34,104 nucleotides of DNA from Promethearchaeota archaeon. GTDB taxonomy: Archaea > Asgardarchaeota > Lokiarchaeia > Sigyniarchaeales > SOKP01. This document shows, one piece after another, positions 1-9,076 of this stretch. The stretch spans positions 1 to 34,104 of the forward strand of contig JABCSY010000043.1 in assembly GCA_018238625.1 (NCBI GenBank), written 5' to 3'. Below the pieces are notes generated by a model. That model did no database searches and was not told the origin of the DNA. It saw only the letters and a program-made list of their open reading frames with translations. Made by a program: the position numbers and the translations under genes. Positions within the stretch are counted from its first letter, which is position 1. Each line of letters starts with the position of its first letter.

Positions 1-1
1 T

Positions 2-454
2 TTTCTGGAAATTCTCTCAAGAGGTGCCTCACTAACATCTGCGCATCAAGCGGCATTAAATTTTAAGGAAATCGTCAAATCTTACTCGGAAGCAAGTTCT
101 ATATCAACTTTTAGGCACGGTGGTATCGAATGCTTAAAAGAGAGTACTAAACTCGTAATTCTTTCGTCCGATAAAGAGAATTTCGCATTCAACACTCAAT
201 TCATAGATAAATTAGTTAACAAATGGGCTTGTGGAAAAATTCTGCACATCACAAATCAAGAATTTGACGAGAAAGCAAAGAAAATACACGACAATCCAAA
301 GATTATAACTTATAAGCATAAAATAATGGACCCTCATTTAGCACCGATAATGGAAATAATAATTCTTCAATTACTGTTTTACAAGATGGCAGAAAAAAAC
401 GGAATTGAACCAGGTAAGTTTTTATATTCACAGAAAATAACTAACGACATATAA
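2..454 (+). CDS. SIS-domain protein, GlmS/FrlB-like sugar isomerase/aminotransferase C-terminal part (5' truncated by window edge)
   Basis: Frame 2 read manually: FLEILSRGASLTSAHQAALNFKEIVKSYSEASSISTFRHGGIECL...GIEPGKFLYSQKITNDI*. Resembles the RG...ALKxKE...FxHGP motifs of the second SIS domain. Confidence 0.75.
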   Translation, partial: FLEILSRGASLTSAHQAALNFKEIVKSYSEASSISTFRHGGIECLKESTKLVILSSDKENFAFNTQFIDKLVNKWACGKILHITNQEFDEKAKKIHDNPKIITYKHKIMDPHLAPIMEIIILQLLFYKMAEKNGIEPGKFLYSQKITNDI

Positions 455-508
455 CAATATTAAGATATTAAGAAAAATTCTTCTTATTAAGTTTAAAATT
501 CAATTCAA

Positions 509-1783
509 TTGTTGGAAAAGATGGAAACAACTGCTACGGGACAATCATTTAGAAGCTATATATATTTTTGGTCGGGTCAATTATTTTCGTTGTTAGGATC
601 ATCTATAGTTCAAATTGTACTAATATATTGGATTTATTTTGAAACTAAAAGCTTGACGATAGTATCACTAGCCTCTTTTTTTTCTTTTCTGCCAATATTT
701 ATTCTCGGACCTCTTGCTGGCGTATTTGCCGATAGATGGAATCGAAAACTTTTAATTGGGGTTTCTGATTTTTGTCAAGCGCTTACTACTTTAAGTTTAA
801 TTCTTTTATTTTTCTTTAATATTCATGAAATATGGTTGATAATTTTAATTAATAGTATTAGAAGTGTATTTCAAGCATTTCATTGGCCAGTTGTAAACGC
901 AATAATTCCCTTAATGATACCAAAGAAACATTTAAGCAGAATGAATGGTATTAATTATTTCTTTACCGGTTTAGTCAATACAATGGGCCCAATTATTGCT
1001 GGCATTTTGTTGATATTATTTCCAATTGATCAAATATTATGGGTTGATGTTCTTACTTTTTTGATCGCTATAACCCCTCTATTGTTGATAAAAATACCCC
1101 CTATACTAAAGAAACATCTTCCTAAGCATGAAAGATCATATTTTAGGGAATTGAAAGTAGGGTTTAAAGCTATAAAAATTGTTCCGGGGCTCCTAACATT
1201 GCTTTTTGTAGCAACCATTTTAAATTTTTTAGGAAACCCTTTTAACACTTTAATGATACCTTATGTTAGTGGGACTCATTCTGGGAGCGTGGAAAACCTA
1301 TCTATTGTTCTAGCATCAATTCAAGCTGGGATGTTTGTTGGAGCAATAATTGTAATTATTAAAAAGGTTTGGAATAAAAAACCCTTAATTATTTTTACTG
1401 GGATTTTAATAGGCGAGATCGGACATTTAATATTAGCCTTGGCACCTCCAGGCAATTTTCTTATGATTAGTATTGGTGGCTTTATGTTTGCGTTTATTGT
1501 TCCTTTTGTTAACACCATGTTTTTAACTATTCTACAAACCGTCATACCTCCAGATCAACAAGGACGAGTTATGTCTAATGTTATTACTATAGTTACTTTA
1601 GTATCTCCGATAGCAATGCTAATATCAGGGCCGATAGCAGAACTGATTGGTATTAGGACCCTTTTTAGTATAAGCGCTGTACTAAACTTTATTTTTATAA
1701 TATTTGTTTGGATTTTTTCGAATATTAGGAATAATGATTATGATAGAGTATATGAATTTGAATTGGATGAAAATATTAATTAA
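509..1783 (+). CDS. MFS transporter (DHA3/MefA-like)
   Basis: About 12 hydrophobic segments, motif A GVFADRWNRK, and the C-half repeat PDQQGRV. Confidence 0.9.
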   Translation: MLEKMETTATGQSFRSYIYFWSGQLFSLLGSSIVQIVLIYWIYFETKSLTIVSLASFFSFLPIFILGPLAGVFADRWNRKLLIGVSDFCQALTTLSLILLFFFNIHEIWLIILINSIRSVFQAFHWPVVNAIIPLMIPKKHLSRMNGINYFFTGLVNTMGPIIAGILLILFPIDQILWVDVLTFLIAITPLLLIKIPPILKKHLPKHERSYFRELKVGFKAIKIVPGLLTLLFVATILNFLGNPFNTLMIPYVSGTHSGSVENLSIVLASIQAGMFVGAIIVIIKKVWNKKPLIIFTGILIGEIGHLILALAPPGNFLMISIGGFMFAFIVPFVNTMFLTILQTVIPPDQQGRVMSNVITIVTLVSPIAMLISGPIAELIGIRTLFSISAVLNFIFIIFVWIFSNIRNNDYDRVYEFELDENIN

Positions 1784-1852
1784 CAAAATAGTTTTTAAAA
1801 AAGAGCTTTTTAATTATTCTATACATCCCATTAAAACTTTATATTAAAAAAA

Positions 1853-2989
1853 ATGACGAAAGCAATAATTTTATCGGGTGGTTGGGGGACGCGATTAAGA
1901 CCCCTAACGTGTACTATACCCAAAACATTAATTCCAATCGTGAATAAACCAGTTATGGAGCGACAGATACTCTTATTAAAAGCAGCTGGAGTTAAAGAAA
2001 TAGTTTTAGCTGTAAGTGTGATGGACGATATTGTTAGAAGCTACTTCAAGGAAGGAAGAAAGTTAGGAATAAAAATCCATTATACGGGCGAAAAACATCC
2101 AATGGGGACTGCGGGAGCCATTAAATTAGCAGAATCTTACCTCGAAAACGACAACTTCTTCATGCTAAATGGAGATGTAATTCTAAATTATGACTTTAGC
2201 GATATGCTTAAATTTCACGAAAATTGTAAAGGTATTGGTACAATAGCCGGTAAAACCGTAGAGGACCCCTCAAGATATGGCGTATTGATAGTAAATAATG
2301 AAACGCAACAACTACTAAAATTTCTTGAAAAGGACGAATACACTCCTCCAGACGGCAAATATGTTCCTATGCCTATTAACGCAGGCGTATATATCCTAGA
2401 ACCTGAAATATTCTCCTTTATCGAACCAAACAAAAAGGTGTCTATTGAAAGAGACGTATTTCCTAAAGTTGCCGATAAAAACATGCTCTATCATTACCCT
2501 ATAAGTGGGATATGGAGCGATGTAGGTAAACCCTCCGATTTATTGCAAGGAAACATTCTATTAATGAACGATTTAATAAAAAATCAGGAAGGAAACGTAA
2601 GAAATTTAATAGAACCTTCTACAGACATCCACCCAAGTGTGAAGATTTATCCTCCTTGCACAATTGGTGAAAGCGTTGTAATTCGAGAGAATTGTAAAGT
2701 TGGTCCAAATGTAATAATTGGCGAGGATGTATTTATAAATAACCATTCCGAACTTAAGGAATGTCTAATCTATAACAAGGCACATATCTCAAGTAATGTT
2801 CAAATCGAAAAAGCTATTATCGCTGATAATTGTAATATCCAAGAAAATGTAAAATTAAAAGGTAATAACGAAAATTTAATAATTTTAGCCTCATATGTGC
2901 AGGTTATGAAAAACCTCGAATTAATTGCCCCCAAAACAATCTCATTAACGGTATGTCATCACGAAGTAGTAAAAGAAAGTATAAAGTAA
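1853..2989 (+). CDS. NDP-sugar synthase (mannose-1-phosphate guanylyltransferase-like) with left-handed beta-helix
   Basis: GGWGTRLRPLT...PK, GTAGAI, NGDV, INAGVY and WSDVG motifs; hexapeptide repeats at the C-terminus. Confidence 0.9.
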   Translation: MTKAIILSGGWGTRLRPLTCTIPKTLIPIVNKPVMERQILLLKAAGVKEIVLAVSVMDDIVRSYFKEGRKLGIKIHYTGEKHPMGTAGAIKLAESYLENDNFFMLNGDVILNYDFSDMLKFHENCKGIGTIAGKTVEDPSRYGVLIVNNETQQLLKFLEKDEYTPPDGKYVPMPINAGVYILEPEIFSFIEPNKKVSIERDVFPKVADKNMLYHYPISGIWSDVGKPSDLLQGNILLMNDLIKNQEGNVRNLIEPSTDIHPSVKIYPPCTIGESVVIRENCKVGPNVIIGEDVFINNHSELKECLIYNKAHISSNVQIEKAIIADNCNIQENVKLKGNNENLIILASYVQVMKNLELIAPKTISLTVCHHEVVKESIK

Positions 2990-2991
2990 AA

Positions 2992-3813
2992 ATGAGCGAC
3001 CAATTAACACCTGAAGAAATTTATTTCAAAGTACTTAATAACGAGGTAGGAAAGAAGGACGCCTTAAAGCTTTTCGAATCGTTAATAAATAAAAGTGATA
3101 ACGATGACATTAGATATTCAAGCTTAGAATATATCGGTAAATTATCGATTGAAGACGAACTAACCTTTAACATAATTGAAAATTGCCTAATTTCTGACGA
3201 ATCTACTCTAGTTAGATTTGAAGCAGCTAAAGTATTGATCCAGAACTTTCCAACACGGGAACATGAGCCTTTAATATGGGCGATCCAAAACGAAAAATCT
3301 ATTTATTTCTTTAAAAAACTATTAGATTTATTTGAAACAGAAGAGTATCATCAATTTGAAGAAATTCGAGAAAAAGCGTTAAAAAAGATTAGAACTTATT
3401 ATAATTTAAACTCAACAGACTCAAAATTTGTTCTCGATATCGATTATTTAGATTATATGAAATTTAGGAACGAATTAAAGAGTTTTTTACAAAAGTTTGA
3501 GTTATCAGACGAAGCTAAACAAGTATTAATTAAAGAAAATACCGAAATAGGGTATAAAGGACTAGGTCGCGTTAAAGCTACCAAAAAAGGCTTCATAATA
3601 AGTTTGTCTCTCAAAGACCTTAAAGAAATTCCATCGTCGATTTGTAAGCTATCAAAATTAGAATCCTTGGAAATATCTTATTGTAAACTAGAAAAATATC
3701 CAGACCCTTGCCCAAATCTTTTGTCACTTAAGAAGTTAGTTTTCAGCAACAATCAGTTAGACGATTTACCCAGCTGGGTTATAGAGGTTGCAAAGAAAAA
3801 TAAGAGTGTGTAA
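2992..3813 (+). CDS. HEAT-repeat + short leucine-rich-repeat protein
   Basis: HEAT-like ISDESTLVRFEAAKVL; LRR units LKEIPSSICKLSKLESLEISYCKL and LKKLVFSNNQLDDLP. ATG 2992 preferred because it avoids overlap with the upstream gene. Confidence 0.7.
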   Translation: MSDQLTPEEIYFKVLNNEVGKKDALKLFESLINKSDNDDIRYSSLEYIGKLSIEDELTFNIIENCLISDESTLVRFEAAKVLIQNFPTREHEPLIWAIQNEKSIYFFKKLLDLFETEEYHQFEEIREKALKKIRTYYNLNSTDSKFVLDIDYLDYMKFRNELKSFLQKFELSDEAKQVLIKENTEIGYKGLGRVKATKKGFIISLSLKDLKEIPSSICKLSKLESLEISYCKLEKYPDPCPNLLSLKKLVFSNNQLDDLPSWVIEVAKKNKSV

Positions 3814-3814
3814 A

Positions 3815-4075
3815 ATGGAAGATTTGAAGGAAAAAGGTTTAAAAATATATAACGCAATGTTTCAAGGAGAAAAATATGTCGAAATTGACGAGATTCAATA
3901 CACTATAAAGAAATTTTCAAACGGAATTAAATATATGGATTTATTTGGGTATCGCTTTATAGAACAAAATCACAGAAAAAAATCAGAATGGGGGAAGAAA
4001 GCTCGAGAAGGACACAAAATCATGTGGATAATTAAAGGAAGGAGATACATCTCCCAAATACTAGATGGAGAATAA
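3815..4075 (+). CDS. Small conserved-looking hypothetical protein (FIEQNxxKxSxW...AREGHKIxW), possibly truncated by a premature TAA
   Basis: ATG 1 nt after the previous stop; motif-rich sequence; frame continues TDLKKKSV after the TAA. Confidence 0.65.
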   Translation: MEDLKEKGLKIYNAMFQGEKYVEIDEIQYTIKKFSNGIKYMDLFGYRFIEQNHRKKSEWGKKAREGHKIMWIIKGRRYISQILDGE

Positions 4076-4456
4076 ACCGATTTAAAGAAAAAATCGGTGT
4101 AAAACTATTTGATTTTATGAAAAAATCCTCATAATCTACATATAAACTTATACAATTTCAAAATTACTTCATTTAATCTTTTAACTGACCTTAAACTCTT
4201 CAGAGTTGCATCCAAAATTATTCTTTCGAGTTAAATTCAGAAAAAAAGAAGAATAGATCAAAATCTGAAGATATAAATCGTTTTAAAAATGGGACTGCTT
4301 TCCCATTTAATGTTTTAGCATGTTATAGAATCACATTAGTTAGTATTACTCAGAATTCTGAACCCACAAAGACTGGACTCCAGATTATTTTTAATTGTAT
4401 ATTGCTATTTTGTAATTGTAAGAAAATAAAAATAACTTAAAATGGAGAATTGAAAC

Positions 4457-4648
4457 GTGATGAATGAATTAGTAGAAAGTAATGTTGAATATTATGAATT
4501 TTTGAGCGTCATTCACGAAATATCGAAAAAATCGCAATCTATACAGAAAGATTTAATAAAGAAAGTCTATCAGAATTACGATTTGGGGCTATATCGAATA
4601 AAATTAGAGAAAGAAATAGCAGAGCTCGATAAATTAATAATTAAGTAG
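4457..4648 (+). CDS. Small hypothetical helical protein
   Basis: 63-aa ORF with GGAG upstream and typical composition; no recognisable motif. Confidence 0.4.
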   Translation: MMNELVESNVEYYEFLSVIHEISKKSQSIQKDLIKKVYQNYDLGLYRIKLEKEIAELDKLIIK

Positions 4649-4677
4649 AATACCTACTTATCTTTTAATTCTTTTTT

Positions 4678-5277
4678 TTATATTATGTTTAATTTTTCTG
4701 CAATTAATTCCAAATACGATTTTCTAATTGATTCTTCCTTCTTAATTCCAAATTTCTCTAAAAATTGAAAAAGAATCTTTTTACTATTCTCTATATCTTC
4801 ATACGATTCGGTCATTAATTCAACTTCTACGAAATGTCGCTTTAAAATAGGTAAATAATCGATTAAAGCTTCGATTTTCGCGTCTTTAAACAAAAATTCA
4901 TATAATTCTCTTTCTTTAACGACGGTAAAAACTTCTCGAAATCCTAATAGTTTAAGAAGATTTTTCATATCTTCAATTTCATTTATTTTTACTTCGATCT
5001 CTTCTCTTGTTTTGGTTGTTTTATCAATTTTCTTCCCTTTATAGGTTATAAAATAATTGATTTTTTGAGCTATCGCTTTATCATCCCTATTAAATTCAAT
5101 GGATTTTCTTAACCTTAATGCTTCGTCAGTCTGTTTAAAATCCCTTAAACCCTTAGGCATATTAAAGTAAGTATCTTCATGATGTAAGGAAATTTTGTAA
5201 ACCCCTTTGTTCTCTTCAAATCTCTTCCTCACTTGATTAGGATCAGAAATTTTAACTTTAATTTCGACTTCAATCAT
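4678..5277 (-). CDS. cyaB: CYTH-domain protein (class IV adenylate cyclase / triphosphate tunnel metalloenzyme)
   Basis: ExExK motif (EVEIK), DTYF, ALRLR, TYKG, REEIE, FVEVE, RKSYLEL. Confidence 0.85.
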   Translation of the reverse strand: MIEVEIKVKISDPNQVRKRFEENKGVYKISLHHEDTYFNMPKGLRDFKQTDEALRLRKSIEFNRDDKAIAQKINYFITYKGKKIDKTTKTREEIEVKINEIEDMKNLLKLLGFREVFTVVKERELYEFLFKDAKIEALIDYLPILKRHFVEVELMTESYEDIENSKKILFQFLEKFGIKKEESIRKSYLELIAEKLNII

Positions 5278-5362
5278 AATGCTACTCTATTCTATATTAA
5301 TAACAAATATAATAAATTAATTTTTATTAAGTAATAATAGTTTCACTTAGAGTTGATATTTA

Positions 5363-6331
5363 ATTTCTCAGAACGTTAGAACTGCTCATAAACTCGCGGA
5401 AGAATACGGATATCTCCCTTATATGCTTGAAAGATATGTTCAATTCTTAGGATTAGATGAAACATTAAAATTATTAAAGGCAAATGAGCAGCCATTAATA
5501 CCTTCAATACGTGTTAATACTCTTAAAATATCTATATTAGAATTAAAAAAACGGCTAGAGAAGAAAGGAAATGAGTTAAAACCAATTGAATGGGTTCCTT
5601 ATGGGTTCAATGTTGTTAAAGAAAGTTTTAATTTAGGCTCTTCTCACGAATTTCTACAAGGTTATTACTATTTACAAAATATCGCTTCAATGCTTTCAGC
5701 TATTATTCTCGATCCTAAGCCTAATGATGTTGTAATTGATATGTGTGCAGCTCCAGGAAGTAAATCAACACACTTAGCTCAACTAATGGTAAATAAAGGG
5801 ACGCTCATTTTAGTTGAAAAGAATTTAAATCGAATTCCCGCTTTAGAAGTCAACCTAAGAAGAATGGGAATTAATAATTCAATTGTACTTAATATGGATG
5901 CTATTAATTTATCAAACACAAATGTTAAAGGAGATAAAATTCTATTAGATGCTCCATGTACTGGGGAAGGGTTAATAAGACAAGACCCAAGTAGGAAAAA
6001 AAGTAAAAGAATGAAAGATATTGAAAAAATGGCTTCAATTCAAAAGAGGTTATTAACTACCGGGTTGAAAGCATTAAATTCAGGCGGGATGCTTTTATAT
6101 TGTACTTGTTCTATTGCTCCTGAAGAAAATGAGCTAGTTGTTGATGAAGTATTGAACAAATCTAATAATTTTAAAATCGTTGAAATTTCCAAAAATTATG
6201 GCGTGAAAGGATTAACTAAAGTTTTTGGAGTTAACTTATCAGAAGATTTAAAGTTTTCACAGCGCTTGTATCCTCACCTACATAATACTATTGGCTTCTA
6301 TTATTGTCTTATAAAAAAAGAAGATTCATAA
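5363..6331 (+). CDS. RsmB/NOP2-family RNA m5C methyltransferase
   Basis: DMCAAPGSKS, DAPCTGEG, YCTCS and PEENE motifs. Frame is open upstream of ATG 5423 through LAEEYGYLPY; the proposed start ATT 5363 is uncertain (ORF track starts at 5423). Confidence 0.9.
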   Translation: MSQNVRTAHKLAEEYGYLPYMLERYVQFLGLDETLKLLKANEQPLIPSIRVNTLKISILELKKRLEKKGNELKPIEWVPYGFNVVKESFNLGSSHEFLQGYYYLQNIASMLSAIILDPKPNDVVIDMCAAPGSKSTHLAQLMVNKGTLILVEKNLNRIPALEVNLRRMGINNSIVLNMDAINLSNTNVKGDKILLDAPCTGEGLIRQDPSRKKSKRMKDIEKMASIQKRLLTTGLKALNSGGMLLYCTCSIAPEENELVVDEVLNKSNNFKIVEISKNYGVKGLTKVFGVNLSEDLKFSQRLYPHLHNTIGFYYCLIKKEDS

Positions 6332-6694
6332 ATTTGGAATTTGGGAATTTCGGTCTATATAGATTTATATGATAAAATAAATTACTTGTAAATCATAAGT
6401 TGCATTTTTAATGGAATCCTCCTTGTTATGTTGAATCTTCTTAGTAGGTACCTTAAGAAAAATTATAATGCACTTGAAAAAATTAATATTTTAGTTTTAG
6501 TTCTACAAAATAACCAGAGGATTGAAATAATCAATAAAAGAAGCTATCAATTTTTTAGGCTTTCAAAAAAGTTAAGACCTATTTCTATTTTTTTTGTTTT
6601 CAACGATAGTTTTTATCTATATTTATTAAGAAGCAATCTTTATAAATTTCTTAACAGAAGTATAAAAGATACCGACTTTAGGAAATTAATAAAA

Positions 6695-6725
6695 CTTGAA
6701 ATTCTGAAAGCCCCTGAATTTCAAG
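6695..6725. promoter_or_regulatory. Perfect 10-bp inverted repeat upstream of the wHTH gene (candidate operator)
   Basis: CTTGAAATTC-N11-GAATTTCAAG, followed by TATA-like TTATAATA at ~6748 and ATG 6773. Confidence 0.4.
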
Positions 6726-6772
6726 AATACGGTGTAATTTTTAATCTTATAATAAAATTAGTTATCTCTATT

Positions 6773-7477
6773 ATGGAAACCAAGATCTTATCTAAGTCTA
6801 TTGGTTTAGAGCATCCTAATGTGAAGAAAGTTATAGAAATAGCTGAGGAGATTATGAGTAAAAATAAAGTCTTAAACATAGAAACTCTCTATAACGTGGC
6901 AAAAAAAAGCTTGAAATTGCCCCGAAACGGGCTCTTATTTATAATACAATTATTAATAAATAAAAAAATTTTAATTGAAGGTTCAAAGTTTTCAAGGGAA
7001 ACAGTTCTTGTAAATCCTACTAGAAGAGGGCTTTACAATTACATTAGCGCGAACCCCGGCGCACACTTCTCTATTTTAAGAAAGAGAGCGCTTTCTATGG
7101 GATCGGAGAGTTCAGGCCAATTAGTATGGCACTTAGAGATGTTATTAAATTTTAATTATATCTATAAAATTAAAGTAGGAAATTACACAGTGTTTCTTCC
7201 CATTGAGATGGAAGTCGATTTAGGAATAATCAATTTTTTACTAAGAGATAAGATAAATAGGAAAATTGTAGACTTATTAAGAACACAAAGATCAATTAAA
7301 AATTCAGAAATCTTTAAATTTTTAGATGAAAAACGAGAACAAGTTAATTATCGACTAAAAACTTTAATTAATTACGATTTAATTTGCTTTAAAGAAGATC
7401 TGAGTAAAGAAGTCTATTTAAATCCAGATAAACAAGAGGATGTAATTAATATATTAAATAATATCAAAATAGGTTGA
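6773..7477 (+). CDS. Multi winged-helix transcriptional regulator (ArsR/MarR-like tandem wHTH)
   Basis: NPTRRGLYNYISANPGAHFSILRK...GQLVWHLEML and a second wHTH INRKIVDLL...EQVNYRLKTL. Start 6773 preferred over 6428. Confidence 0.75.
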   Translation: METKILSKSIGLEHPNVKKVIEIAEEIMSKNKVLNIETLYNVAKKSLKLPRNGLLFIIQLLINKKILIEGSKFSRETVLVNPTRRGLYNYISANPGAHFSILRKRALSMGSESSGQLVWHLEMLLNFNYIYKIKVGNYTVFLPIEMEVDLGIINFLLRDKINRKIVDLLRTQRSIKNSEIFKFLDEKREQVNYRLKTLINYDLICFKEDLSKEVYLNPDKQEDVINILNNIKIG

Positions 7478-7516
7478 TATAAAAAATAATTAAAATTAAG
7501 TAAATGGAATAAGAAA

Positions 7517-8833
7517 ATGGTATTAAATTGGACACCTGAAGTAATCGTTGAAATTTTCACGAGTACAGTTATTCTAGTCGCTATTCTATTGATGTATGTC
7601 ACACCGAGAACTAAGAAAATAAAATCTTTATCTTATATTAGATTAGCTCTTTTTTTTATGGGCATGCTCTTTACCTTAGACTTGTTGGCAAATCTTTTTT
7701 TGATCACATTACTTTCTCGGATTTCTGGTCTTATGCTATTTCCTAGTGCAGTGTTTTTTGCGATTGGGATCAATTATACGATAAAAGAAACATCTAATTC
7801 ACCTTTCTTAATTATAGTAGTTGGTTTAGGTGTTTTATTTTGTTATCTTGCTTTTCAACCTGGAGCTGTCGGATTTGAATTAGTGGGAGGGCATCTAAAT
7901 TTAAATTGGACTGGATTGTATGAATTGATGGGTTCAATTTTTATATTCTTCGTTGGTAGTGCGTCGTTTTATTGGGGTTTAAAAACCTGGTTGAATGCTC
8001 CATTTTTGATAAAAAGAGAAGCTCTTATATTTTTTATGGGTACTGTAATAAATGGGCCATTAACTCTAGTTATATACCTTTTTTACTATTGGAATCCAAT
8101 TTTTATTCTATTTGCTTACGCTACTACAGGTTTAGGAATCTTAATTTTTTGTATAGGTGTAATAAAAGAGCCTAAACTCCTTTATATTCTACCATTTACA
8201 GTTAATAGGCTTGTTGTAAGAGATCGAGAAGGAAACCCTTTATTCGACCACGATTGGGCTCTTTCTAGCTTAAGTGAATCAATTTTTCCGGGATTTCTAA
8301 ATGCTGTGCAACTTATGAGCGAAGAAGTTATAAATTTGGGGGGGCTATTGGACATTAAATTAGAAGAAGGTATCTTTACATTATATGAATCTGAATTAAT
8401 CTCAGTTGGTTTAGTCGCATCTAAGTACTCTATATTATTACGAGAGTGTGTTGTACAATTTACTCGAGATTTCGAGCAAAAATTCGAACGAGAATTGAAA
8501 AGACAGGTTAAGGATGTGGTCCAATACGAAGGAGCATTTGAATTGATTGAAAAATATTTTTCTAATTTTCCTTATAAAAATATTAAAAGTAAAAAACAAC
8601 CATTATTATTAGCTGGAAAATTTGCGAAAGTACCATTAGAGATAGAGAATAAGCTAAGCAATATTTTTACGGATGAAAAAGAGTATCAAGCAATAAAAAC
8701 TGAACTACTAAAATCACCTATTGGACTTACTTCGGCGTTCTTTACTCTCTATAATGATTTATTAGATGAAACTAAGCGAATTTCTGAAGAAGAATCCCTA
8801 CTTTTGAATGATAATAACGATTTGGATAAATGA
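7517..8833 (+). CDS. ~7-TM membrane protein with cytoplasmic longin-like domain
   Basis: About 7 hydrophobic segments in aa 1-220, then a longin-like pattern RLVVRDREGNPLFDHDW...FPGFLNAVQLMSEEV...DIKLEEG...QFTRDFEQKF. Confidence 0.65.
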   Translation: MVLNWTPEVIVEIFTSTVILVAILLMYVTPRTKKIKSLSYIRLALFFMGMLFTLDLLANLFLITLLSRISGLMLFPSAVFFAIGINYTIKETSNSPFLIIVVGLGVLFCYLAFQPGAVGFELVGGHLNLNWTGLYELMGSIFIFFVGSASFYWGLKTWLNAPFLIKREALIFFMGTVINGPLTLVIYLFYYWNPIFILFAYATTGLGILIFCIGVIKEPKLLYILPFTVNRLVVRDREGNPLFDHDWALSSLSESIFPGFLNAVQLMSEEVINLGGLLDIKLEEGIFTLYESELISVGLVASKYSILLRECVVQFTRDFEQKFERELKRQVKDVVQYEGAFELIEKYFSNFPYKNIKSKKQPLLLAGKFAKVPLEIENKLSNIFTDEKEYQAIKTELLKSPIGLTSAFFTLYNDLLDETKRISEEESLLLNDNNDLDK

Positions 8834-8924
8834 ATTTACCCCGTTTCACCTCTTTTACTCAATTTTTCTATTTTAAGGTTTAATGAATGATTGAATTATT
8901 TTTTAGAAATTCAGTCCTAATAGA

Positions 8925-8932
8925 TTTATATA
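8925..8932 (+). promoter_or_regulatory. TATA box for the candidate sRNA
   Basis: TTTATATA ending ~25 nt before the closing stem at 8957, in an intergenic region between convergent genes. Confidence 0.45.
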
Positions 8933-8956
8933 TGCAAAAAAAGTAAATCATAGTGT

Positions 8957-9035
8957 GTGAATCTTCTTCAAAGGAAGAGATATTGAAGCGAAATTCAATG
9001 TTGAATTAATTTAAGAGGTTAATATAACGATTCAC
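8957..9035 (+). ncRNA. Candidate structured small RNA (four-way junction)
   Basis: Closing stem GTGAATC/GATTCAC plus three internal hairpins; G-U pairs favour the + strand; upstream TATA and downstream T-tracts. Confidence 0.5.
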
Positions 9036-9076
9036 TTTTCAGTTTTATTTTTCTTTTTTCAGAAGAAGTTATCAAA

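Noticed and set aside
6428-6772. 115-codon N-terminal extension of the wHTH ORF
   Set aside because: Composition looks intergenic and it contains the TATA-like box and palindrome. The long open frame is somewhat surprising, so it is not fully excluded.
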